From: Longimicrobiales bacterium
Lineage (GTDB): Bacteria; Gemmatimonadota; Gemmatimonadetes; Longimicrobiales; Gaopeijiaceae
NCBI GenBank assembly: GCA_963422615.1
Contig: OY730414.1
Span: 744,001-808,000, forward strand
Length of the DNA: 64,000 nucleotides
Reading direction: 5' to 3'
Numbering within the stretch: the stretch's first letter is position 1; every line of letters begins with the position of its first letter. The notes beneath the pieces were generated by a model that was not told the DNA's origin, did no database searches, and saw nothing but the letters and a program-made list of their open reading frames with translations. Positions 19,174-27,547 of the stretch are shown here, piece after piece. A program made the translations under genes and the position numbers.

Positions 19174-19479
19174 ATGGCGGGCTACCATCGAAAGACCGTT
19201 CTGGGTCCAGGCGAAGTGCTGGCAGTGGCGGAAGAGCACCTCCCTGCGTATATCGGCCTAAGGAAGTCCAGACAGTCCTCTCACGAGGCCACGTACACCG
19301 GCGGGGAGGGCACTGTCGTTCTCGCGGCCCACCGGCACGGACCCTACACCGAGGTGACGGCCCGGACGGATGGGCTCCGAACATCGCGCATGGACTACGA
19401 AATTCAGCGATTCCTTACCTTCCTCCCCTACGAGCCCGGCGACGGCGGCGGCCCCGGATCCGGGGATCCGAATTCATGA
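19174..19479 (+). CDS. Hypothetical protein (101 aa)
   Basis: GAGGAG RBS, 6 nt after the upstream stop, ATGA overlap with the downstream gene. Confidence 0.7.
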   Translation: MAGYHRKTVLGPGEVLAVAEEHLPAYIGLRKSRQSSHEATYTGGEGTVVLAAHRHGPYTEVTARTDGLRTSRMDYEIQRFLTFLPYEPGDGGGPGSGDPNS

Positions 19480-21152
19480 CTTCTTTCAACGAGCTTACCT
19501 TGGGACCCGAGACGGTGGCGGCCCTCGCTGCCCAAGGGATGGAGACGCCCACGCCGTTTCAGGTGGCCGCCGTGCCCGTGATCGCCCGGGGGAACGACCT
19601 GCTGGGCCGAGCCGGACCGGGGAGCGGCACCCTGGTGGCCTACGGGGCTCCGCTCCTGGACCGCCTTGAAGGGGGCGCCGGGTCGCCGGTCTGCCTGGTC
19701 TTGTGCACGGGCCAGAGGCAGGCCACGGAGCTGGCGAGGTCGTTCGCTCCGATCTGCCAAGGTTCCGGCCACCGGGTGGCGGCCCTGGTCAAGAACTGGA
19801 ATGCTCCCGTGAAGGCCGATTTTCTCTTCGTGCCGGCGGATCGAATCCAGGCCCTGTACGACGGGTCCGTGTCGGTGAACGGGGTCAAGGCGGTTGTCTT
19901 CCACGACGGAGACGGCGTTGTGAGCACCGTTTCCCGTGACCTCTTGGAAACCTTCCTTTCGGGTCTCCCGGGTACGTGCCAGAGGGTTTTCTGCGGGCTC
20001 CCCTTTGGCTCCAAATTGCGTTTTCTGGCTCGGCGCTTCACTCGAAGGGCCGCGACTGTGCCCTCGGGGAGCATGCGTGGGGAAGAAGGGCCTTCTCGGT
20101 CGGGAAGGGGTTCGATGCCAGGGAGAAGGGAAACCCCCACCCGGGACGCAGCTCATCGCTCCCTGTCTCTTGTGGTCATGGAGGGAAGCCGACAGGAATC
20201 GGTCCTCGCGTTGGTGGCGGAGGTGCTCCGCGGTTCTGCTGCCCATGTCCTGGTGTTCGCCGCGTCGGCGGACCAAGCTGCGGATTTGGGCGACTTCGTG
20301 GGGCTTCACGGGTACGTCTGCGGTCCTCCCGGCGACCCATCGGCGCCCGTGTGGCTCTCTTCCGGGGAAGACGAAGCCGCCCGGAAGGTTCTCGAAGCCC
20401 TGCCCGACCCGGCTGTTGTGGCCACCTTGTCTGGCTCGGTGCCCCCTGACGCCGAGGCAGCCGAGACCCGCCATGGGACGGGGGGCCCGGCGTGGGTGCT
20501 GGCCGCGGTTCGGGAACTCGGGCACCTGAAGACGATTGCCTCGGGAGCGGGCTTTGGACTTCGGCGGATCCGGCCTACCCGGCCGCTTCGCGTGTCTTCC
20601 GGAATCGACGGGCTCGCCGACAGAATGGGCGAGCTGGTCCGGCTGCCCGAGGCGGCGCCGTACTACCTTCTGGTGGAGTCCCTTCTGGACCGGTTCACGG
20701 CGGCGGAGGTCGCCGCGGCGGCCCTTCTTCTTCTGGACCGGGAGAAGTCAGCAAAGAAAGTTTCGGTCCGGCCTGGCCAAGCCGCCCCCCCACCTAGCTG
20801 GGTGCGCCTCTTCGTTTCGGTCGGGAAACGGGACGAGGTGAGTACGGGGAAGCTTCTGGGAACCCTGACGGGAGAGTCGGGAGTACCGGGCAACCGGGTG
20901 GGCCAAATCGACATACGGGAGAACCACTCCCTGGTCGAGGTGAGAGAGGGTGACGCGAGGAAGGTGATCGCTGCCCTGAACGGAATCACCCTGGGAGGGC
21001 GGGCCGTGCGCGCGGACTATGACCGCGGAAGAGATCGCCAAGGGGTTGCGAAGAAGGACAAGTGGAGCGGAGGACCCCGGACAAGCGCAGGGAAGGCCAA
21101 ACGGGACGCCGGATACCCACCAAAAGGCCGCGGGACCCGGCGCCCACGGTAA
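19476..21152 (+). CDS. DEAD-box helicase homolog (DeaD/CsdA-like) with DbpA RNA-binding domain and degenerate motifs
   Basis: Q-motif 'SFNELTL...PTPFQ', motif I reads 'AGPGSGTL', motif II reads 'VFHDGD'; DbpA RBD 'RLFVSVGKRDEV...VGQIDIRENHSLVEV'; basic tail. Confidence 0.82.
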   Translation: MTSFNELTLGPETVAALAAQGMETPTPFQVAAVPVIARGNDLLGRAGPGSGTLVAYGAPLLDRLEGGAGSPVCLVLCTGQRQATELARSFAPICQGSGHRVAALVKNWNAPVKADFLFVPADRIQALYDGSVSVNGVKAVVFHDGDGVVSTVSRDLLETFLSGLPGTCQRVFCGLPFGSKLRFLARRFTRRAATVPSGSMRGEEGPSRSGRGSMPGRRETPTRDAAHRSLSLVVMEGSRQESVLALVAEVLRGSAAHVLVFAASADQAADLGDFVGLHGYVCGPPGDPSAPVWLSSGEDEAARKVLEALPDPAVVATLSGSVPPDAEAAETRHGTGGPAWVLAAVRELGHLKTIASGAGFGLRRIRPTRPLRVSSGIDGLADRMGELVRLPEAAPYYLLVESLLDRFTAAEVAAAALLLLDREKSAKKVSVRPGQAAPPPSWVRLFVSVGKRDEVSTGKLLGTLTGESGVPGNRVGQIDIRENHSLVEVREGDARKVIAALNGITLGGRAVRADYDRGRDRQGVAKKDKWSGGPRTSAGKAKRDAGYPPKGRGTRRPR

Positions 21153-21163
21153 CCCTAGTTGCG

Positions 21164-21370
21164 TCAGGCTGCGGCTGTTTCCCGTCGTCGCCGGAACATC
21201 CGGTAGAGGAAGAACCCTACGGCCAGGAACAGACCCACCTTGAAGGCGAGCCCCAGGAAGCCGATCAACATCCCGAAGAGCGGAAGAAGCACCGCGGCCA
21301 CCAGCTTCAATACGACGATGGCAACAGCGCCGGTAATCGCCACCGCACCAAAGGTCCTTACGAAATGCAT
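21164..21370 (-). CDS. Small membrane protein (68 aa)
   Basis: Two hydrophobic segments, basic C-terminus, GGGAG RBS upstream. Confidence 0.65.
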   Translation of the reverse strand: MHFVRTFGAVAITGAVAIVVLKLVAAVLLPLFGMLIGFLGLAFKVGLFLAVGFFLYRMFRRRRETAAA

Positions 21371-21673
21371 GTTCTTGACTCTCCCTTACATGTTTGCCGG
21401 GCTTCTTTGGAACCCGGGCGTGTCATCTTGGCGTTCCGGATTCGCGCCGCCGCCTCTCGGGAACTGTTGAGAGCTCGCTTTTTCCGCCACGAACCGGAAG
21501 CAGGTCCCAAATTCGACTGAACCCGCCGCTGTGCCAAGTAATGTGAGCAATACGAAGCTGAAGAGGAAAGTGTTTCGGCTGGGCGGTCAGACGTGGCGCG
21601 GTTTTGGTGAAGAGGCCCTCCGCTGGGGTCTCGGTCGTCGTCCATCCCTCGCCGCACCCCTGGGGTTCCGCTC

Positions 21674-24088
21674 CTAGCCCCTGAATCGGTACGAAAGCTT
21701 CACGAAGATCCCATCTGCCTCCGGGCGTACTTCTCGGAACCGGAAGGCTTCCAGGTCATTCATCCGGCGAGTGTATCCCACGAAGAACACCGTTCCTGGA
21801 GTCGGCTCGTAGCTGAGCAGGGTTTCCACGGAGAAGTCGTTCGACTCCGAGCCCCCCAGTTCGCGACAGGATCCCTCGGAACAGTAGGAAAGCGTTCGAC
21901 CCGTCAGCGGAGTTCGCAGGGAGCCCCTTTGCTGGCTGCCGTACTCGGCGATCGCCCGGACGAAGAGGGAGCGGGTGAACTGGTACTGCACTCGCGCTCT
22001 GGGAATCGTCGCCTTCGAATAGAGGGATCCGTCGCGCTTTCTCCGAAGGTTGGTGTAGCGGATCCCCATCTCGGCCCGGATGTTCGCCGTGGGGAAGATG
22101 TTGAGGTTCGCGTCGCCGGACCACGAGTTGGCGATGTCTGCGGGCGTGCCGGTGTTGAAGTCGAAGAGGGGGGTTTCCGACCGGGTGAACCGGATGTTCC
22201 CTCGGACTTGGTCGAGTGCGTTGAACCACATGAAGACCGTTCCCGAGCCAAGGCCTTGGAACAGGGATGGATCCGGGAAGAAAGGCGCGTTCACTCCATC
22301 GGGTCCTTCGACGAAGAGCCCGTCGTATTCGTGGCGGGGGAATTCGAAATAGGAGCGGCTATAGTTCCCGAACACCGTGATGTTTCCTCGAAAGGAAACG
22401 CTGCCGCCGAGCCGAACGGCCGCCTCTTCCACACCCCGGCGGGCCCAGAAGTCGTCATGATCCCAGAAGCCTTCGACTTCGACGCTCGGCCCCCACCGCT
22501 CGATCAGATCTCCCGAGCGCCCCCGAAAGTCGTAACTGGTGCGGGACTGGAGCCGGGTGTTTCCGCGACGGCGAATGAAACCGCTGCCCGCCCGGAAATC
22601 GTTGCTCACATCGGTCATTCCGGCGTTGAACTGGAAGTTCCGCCCCGACCGGTTCAGCTGAGCCCCGACCAGCGAACCGTCGGCCTGGCCCGCCCCTTCA
22701 TCGGTGCGACTTCCGGCGGCCAAGAAGGTCATGGTGTACCGCTGCTTGATCTGAAACCGTCCGTCCAGTCCTGCGACTCGGTTGTACCGGTTCCGGTGGT
22801 AGCTTCGGTCCGTGTAGACGACGCCGACATTGGACATGTTCCCGATGTCTCTTCGGAGCCGGAAGAGGTTCACCGTCGGATGCGCCCTTTGCCCCGCCTC
22901 GTCTGGGTCGTCTACATCATCCACCACCGCCAGGTAACCGGCGTTGAAGCCCCCGACTTTCCCCGTAAGTTTGGCCCCTCCGACCGGATTGACGATGGAC
23001 CGGGTGTAGACGAGCTGTTGGGGGAGCTGGAAAATATCCGTTCCCTCCAGGAAGAACGGGCGCTTTTCCCGAAGGAACAGGGCGAACCGCTCGTTGACGG
23101 CGATTTGACCGGCGTCGGCCTCAACCTGAGAGAAGTCCGGGTTGTAAGTCCCGTCCAGGGTCAGGTTGGAGGTGATCCCGTACGTCACGTTCATCCCGAA
23201 GTCGCCAGCCGTGCCTCCCCTCCGGAACGATTCGAGATCTTCGTCGTAGGCTCCCTGCTTGGTGAAGGTCTGGACCGGGTTGACCTCAATGAAGAGCCCG
23301 GGGTCAAGATCTTCAAGTCCCGTGAGTTTGCCGAACTGCTCCATCCGGTTCGCGTTGTTCGCCGTTACCGGAGCCCAGGACTCTCCGTAACCGTTTCGTG
23401 CAATTCGGCGTTCGATCTGCAACCCCCAATCCTGCAGGGGAACCTCGGGGAATCGAATGCTCTTCAACGGGAGCTTAACTTCGACGGAATAGCCCCATTC
23501 GAAGAGTCGGCCACCCGAGTCCCAAACGAAATCCGGGTTCCAGTCAATGGGCGGACCGAATCTGTTTCCCCGCCCGCCCCCTCCGCCGACGGTCCAAAGA
23601 CCGTCCTGCTGCACGCCGTAGGGATTCACCATGATGACGTAGGCCCGGCGACGGTCATCGAAAGTATCCAGGATGAAGCGGACGTAGTCGTCGGACCGGG
23701 CGAAGGAGTCCCGGTTGCCGAGGGTTGCCCGGGTGCCTCCGGCAACGTTGTCGTACGCCTTCACGGCGAAGTAGATGGCGTCGTCCGCAACCAGAATACG
23801 GACCTCCGTGCGTTGCGTGGCCGGGACTCCCTCAACGGGATCGAACTGGGTGAAGCCGGTCAACAGGGGAGCAGTCTCCCATGCGGCTTCGTTCAGTTCT
23901 CCGTCGATGTTCAGCTCCGGGTCCTCCATCCGGGGGTTCGGAACGCGGAGCTGCCCGGCGCTTCCGTCGTAGACTCCAGGTTCCGCCGGAGGCGTTTCGT
24001 CCCCCGGGGGGGAAACGTTCTCCCGGATGCGGGCGTCCTGCCCGAGCGTGACCGTCAAGACTGTTGCTACCGCGAGGATTCCTGTCAT
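21674..24088 (-). CDS. CBM9-like + DUF5916 outer-membrane protein
   Basis: 'IDGELNEAAW', 'LDTFDDRRRAY...NPYGVQQD', 'NPDFSQVEAD', 'EKRPFFLEG', beta-barrel-type end 'FVKLSYRF'. Confidence 0.88.
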   Translation of the reverse strand: MTGILAVATVLTVTLGQDARIRENVSPPGDETPPAEPGVYDGSAGQLRVPNPRMEDPELNIDGELNEAAWETAPLLTGFTQFDPVEGVPATQRTEVRILVADDAIYFAVKAYDNVAGGTRATLGNRDSFARSDDYVRFILDTFDDRRRAYVIMVNPYGVQQDGLWTVGGGGGRGNRFGPPIDWNPDFVWDSGGRLFEWGYSVEVKLPLKSIRFPEVPLQDWGLQIERRIARNGYGESWAPVTANNANRMEQFGKLTGLEDLDPGLFIEVNPVQTFTKQGAYDEDLESFRRGGTAGDFGMNVTYGITSNLTLDGTYNPDFSQVEADAGQIAVNERFALFLREKRPFFLEGTDIFQLPQQLVYTRSIVNPVGGAKLTGKVGGFNAGYLAVVDDVDDPDEAGQRAHPTVNLFRLRRDIGNMSNVGVVYTDRSYHRNRYNRVAGLDGRFQIKQRYTMTFLAAGSRTDEGAGQADGSLVGAQLNRSGRNFQFNAGMTDVSNDFRAGSGFIRRRGNTRLQSRTSYDFRGRSGDLIERWGPSVEVEGFWDHDDFWARRGVEEAAVRLGGSVSFRGNITVFGNYSRSYFEFPRHEYDGLFVEGPDGVNAPFFPDPSLFQGLGSGTVFMWFNALDQVRGNIRFTRSETPLFDFNTGTPADIANSWSGDANLNIFPTANIRAEMGIRYTNLRRKRDGSLYSKATIPRARVQYQFTRSLFVRAIAEYGSQQRGSLRTPLTGRTLSYCSEGSCRELGGSESNDFSVETLLSYEPTPGTVFFVGYTRRMNDLEAFRFREVRPEADGIFVKLSYRFRG

Positions 24089-24265
24089 TTTGTTCGTTCA
24101 GTGGCGGGTTCTGGGGAACAGACCGCGGTCCGGGGCAACTTGACCTTGTGGTCCCGGAAGGGCTCGGGCACACGATGCCATGGATTCTCTTAGGGGCTGC
24201 CGTACCGTAAAGGAGAGTACCTCGGCAATGTCATACTTCTGGGCGGCCAGCATTCAGGGACACGT

Positions 24266-24499
24266 GTGGTGGACGATTCGTTGACCGACAAGATGGATGC
24301 CTGCATCGTGCAAGAGAAGCGGGATTTGCTGGAACGGCTTGCGAAAGACGGGGCGGTGCCCCCGTGTCCTGGTTGTGGGGGGCCTTGCAGGGTCCTCCGT
24401 GTTCGGCCCAGGCCGGATGTTTCCTACGTCCGGGACCGATTGGTGATCCGTTGTTCCGCTTGCCTCGGGAGTTTCGGAACGGAGGTAGCCAACTTGTGA
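24266..24499 (+). CDS. Small putative zinc-ribbon protein
   Basis: 'CPGC' and 'CSAC' pairs; stop overlaps GTG of next gene. Confidence 0.55.
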   Translation: MVDDSLTDKMDACIVQEKRDLLERLAKDGAVPPCPGCGGPCRVLRVRPRPDVSYVRDRLVIRCSACLGSFGTEVANL

Positions 24500-25500
24500 A
24501 TGAGAGTGGCGGGCGAAGAACATCTTTTCGATGGGGCCTGATGCGGGTACCGACTCTCCTTCGGGGGGGAACGCTCGCCCTCTGGCTGGTGCTGCTGACC
24601 CTGGTTGAACCGCTTTCGCTGGTCGGGCAGGAACCGTCCGGTGGCGATTCCCTTCGGCCTGGCCCGGTCATCCTGGAACTCGCTTGGAATCCCCGGGCCG
24701 CAGCCATGGGCGGTGCTTTCTGGACCCACGGCAATGAAAGCGGCGCGGTTTTTCATCACCCGGCTTTGCTTTCCTTTTCCGGAGAGGGTTTCGGGGGGTC
24801 CCTCCATCGTTTTGGCAGCGGGGCCACGCTTCTCGCAATGAGTGGCAGCGGGGAGTGGTTCGGAGGGGCCGCAGGCGTGGGTGTCGCGCTCTTGGAGTAT
24901 GGGGTGACGTCGGAGTCGGCGGTGGACCTCCCGAAGCGCGCCCGCGCCTTGGCTGTCGGGGGTGGGGTGGCCGCTTCCGAATTCGTGGCGGTGGCGGGCT
25001 TCGCCAAGGAGGTTGCCGGGGTCGGGGTGGGCGGGGTGGTCAAGGGGGTTGGCCAGCGACTGGGTGCTCACCGCGGCACCACGGTGGGGGTCGATCTGGG
25101 GACGAGGGTCAATCTCGGTCCCGCTGCTTTGGCGCTTACGGTGCAAAACCTGGGGCCCGGTTTGGAGCTGGCCGGGACGAAGGTGCCCATGGCCAGACGT
25201 GTGGTTCTGGGAGCCGGGGTCGGAAGGGCCCCGGTTGGGCCCTTCGACATCGGGGCGGCCGTCCAGGTGGTCCGCGACGGTGCCGGGAACGTCAGTCCGG
25301 GCGGTGGCGTGGAAATTGCCTGGTGGCCCGTGCTGCGTCGCCTCTTCATCATGCGAATTGGAGCGGTCCGCGTGCAGGAGGGGACTTCTCCCTTTACCTT
25401 CGGCTGCGGCTTCGCCGGAGATCGTATCCGCCTTGACTACGCGTACCAGGGGTTCGACGCTTCCGGGAATTCCCACAGCTTCGGGATCGCATTCCGGTAG
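24496..25500 (+). CDS. PorV/PorQ-like outer-membrane beta-barrel (FadL-type)
   Basis: 'PRAAAMGGA...AVFHHPALL' N-terminal motif, 'VGVDLG', 'QNLG', end 'LDYAY...HSFGIAFR'; start 24496 or 24541. Confidence 0.7.
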   Translation: MNESGGRRTSFRWGLMRVPTLLRGGTLALWLVLLTLVEPLSLVGQEPSGGDSLRPGPVILELAWNPRAAAMGGAFWTHGNESGAVFHHPALLSFSGEGFGGSLHRFGSGATLLAMSGSGEWFGGAAGVGVALLEYGVTSESAVDLPKRARALAVGGGVAASEFVAVAGFAKEVAGVGVGGVVKGVGQRLGAHRGTTVGVDLGTRVNLGPAALALTVQNLGPGLELAGTKVPMARRVVLGAGVGRAPVGPFDIGAAVQVVRDGAGNVSPGGGVEIAWWPVLRRLFIMRIGAVRVQEGTSPFTFGCGFAGDRIRLDYAYQGFDASGNSHSFGIAFR

Positions 25501-27463
25501 CCCGGCGGTTGCGGGAACCGGTACTGGGGAGCCTGGCCGCGAGGAAGGCTGGATGGAGCCAGGAAAAACCCACGTCGTCCACGACGACCGTGCCCGCTTG
25601 GGTTCGGTCGAAGACCAGTCTGACCGACCGGAGCGTTCCCGGATCGAAGTCCGGATTCTCGGCCCGAAAATCTGAAAGCGGAACCGAGATGTGCTGGAGA
25701 ATCAGCTCCCAGGGGTTGGTAAATCGTGCGTCCTCCAGATCCCGCCGACGGAGAATGCGAGTGGTGAGGGGTCTGCGCAGGGGTCCGTAGTCGGCCAAAT
25801 TCAGGCGAGCCGTGTTCCCGTTCCCGTCAACGGCCTCGACGGTCAACGCCAAGGGAGGCTTCGCTTCGGCCGGGTCGCCGCCTTCCCCCTCCCTCTCGTT
25901 TTCGACCGGCTCCTCGGTTTGGCCTCCGTCACCTTCATCGTCGGGGGGGCTTCGCGGGTCGGGTTCGCGATTGAGCCCCCCTACGTGCATCTCGAGGGTG
26001 GTTGCGGAACCGATGTTCCAAGCCTCTGCCAAATCCGCAGGCAGAGAGAACGTAAACCCGGGCGGGGGTGCCGGTTCACCGGATCCCCGATAGCGGTTGT
26101 TCCACCCCAGCCAAAGGGCCTGACTTAGCTGGGAAGATGAGGTGTTGGAGCGATTGCTCGAACGGAGTTGGAGCTGACCTTCCCTCCAGGTGCTGAAGTC
26201 TTCGCCCAAGAGGGCCACACCTTCTGCGGACCCGGTGGTCACGTCGATGTCCTCTTCGAAGTCGGCGATCGGTCGAAAGGAGCTGTCCATGAACCGAGTC
26301 ACGTACATGGTCTTGGGCAGCCATCCTCCGGCCACCCGGTGGTCCCGGAAAAGGGGCCGGTAGCGGTCGCCGCCCTTGAGGGCGATCTCCAGAAAGGCCG
26401 AAATGAACACCCGGCCGAAGTCCAGTTGTTCTTCCGGAGGGAGCAGCCCCCGCAGATCCAGGATGCGGGAGCTTCGCGGGCCGTTGTCGCGGTTCCTCCA
26501 CACGGTGTTCCACTGTCCGTGGTTGGCCCGGTAGACGTAGATCGCCGACTTGAACCCGTCGCTCCCGCTGGTGAAGCGGACCCGATTGAACTGGCGGAGC
26601 CCGTGGAAGCTGGTGACATCACCGTCGTGGGAACCGTGAAAGACCAGATAGTTCACGTTCTCCACGGGGACCCGCTGGTCGGCAGGCAGGTACTGCCCGT
26701 CCACTGGAGCAATGGCGACCACCGCCTTGATACTGAAACCGAAGTCGAACGCCAGGGCGGTGTCGTCGGGGTACCGCTTCAGGCGGTTGAATGCGGCTGC
26801 GTGACCCACCGCTTCCCCACCCCGGGAATGCCCGATGAGGGCGATGTTGTCCATGTCCACCCGGCCGCCGAAGGGTCCGCCAGCGTCCTCGTTGAACCGC
26901 CTCCAGGCCTGAAGGTGCTTGAGAAGAAGCCAGCCCCGGCCGTCGTTCTCACCCCGGATGCTTCCGTTGATGAAGTTCATGTCTACGGAAGCGAGGATGT
27001 AACCGCGGCTTGCCAGGAGCTCCCCCAGCCAGTCGTATCCCGGGTCCGAGTAGTCCCGCATGTTGTGGTTGCCGTGGACCACCAGGACCAGGGGGTGGGG
27101 ACCCGGGTCGTCGGGGTACCAAACCCGGCCGTTTACGGGGAAGCTGTCGGGGGAGAAACCCCAGTAGTCGTTTCGGGACGACGCCGAGCTCCCCAGATCC
27201 ACCAGTGTGGAGGCGTCGACGGGCTCCGTAGTGATCGCCACCGAGTCCCGGTACTCCGGTCGGTTTCGGTCCGTGCCGCTCCCGTAGTAGAGGGTCAGGA
27301 CCTGGTGCGGTCCCGCGTGAGCGGGATTTTCCTCTTCGAGGACGTGCCACGCCAGGACGCTGGGTGCGTCGGACGGAGTCAGCTCCAGGGACCCGGCACA
27401 ACCCGCGGTTCCCGCTCCCCAGATACCTGCGACGATCGCCACGACTCTTGACCGGGTTCTCAT
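25394..27463 (-). CDS. Secreted alpha/beta hydrolase
   Basis: 'PLVLVVHGNH', nucleophile elbow 'GHSRGG', 'HDGDV', 'ANHGQWN'; lipobox-like 'TAGC'. Confidence 0.85.
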   Translation of the reverse strand: MRTRSRVVAIVAGIWGAGTAGCAGSLELTPSDAPSVLAWHVLEEENPAHAGPHQVLTLYYGSGTDRNRPEYRDSVAITTEPVDASTLVDLGSSASSRNDYWGFSPDSFPVNGRVWYPDDPGPHPLVLVVHGNHNMRDYSDPGYDWLGELLASRGYILASVDMNFINGSIRGENDGRGWLLLKHLQAWRRFNEDAGGPFGGRVDMDNIALIGHSRGGEAVGHAAAFNRLKRYPDDTALAFDFGFSIKAVVAIAPVDGQYLPADQRVPVENVNYLVFHGSHDGDVTSFHGLRQFNRVRFTSGSDGFKSAIYVYRANHGQWNTVWRNRDNGPRSSRILDLRGLLPPEEQLDFGRVFISAFLEIALKGGDRYRPLFRDHRVAGGWLPKTMYVTRFMDSSFRPIADFEEDIDVTTGSAEGVALLGEDFSTWREGQLQLRSSNRSNTSSSQLSQALWLGWNNRYRGSGEPAPPPGFTFSLPADLAEAWNIGSATTLEMHVGGLNREPDPRSPPDDEGDGGQTEEPVENEREGEGGDPAEAKPPLALTVEAVDGNGNTARLNLADYGPLRRPLTTRILRRRDLEDARFTNPWELILQHISVPLSDFRAENPDFDPGTLRSVRLVFDRTQAGTVVVDDVGFSWLHPAFLAARLPSTGSRNRRATGMRSRSCGNSRKRRTPGTRSQGGYDLRRSRSRR

Positions 27464-27547
27464 GAGAACACGATACGTTACACGGGCATGATCCGACATA
27501 CGTTGGTCCCGTGATTGATCCCCATGAGCCCATGACCAGGATGGAAT

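Noticed and set aside
21545..21590. CTGAAGA-G-GAAA hammerhead-like core within a weak stem-loop
   Set aside because: No stem II or properly placed stems I/III; likely chance
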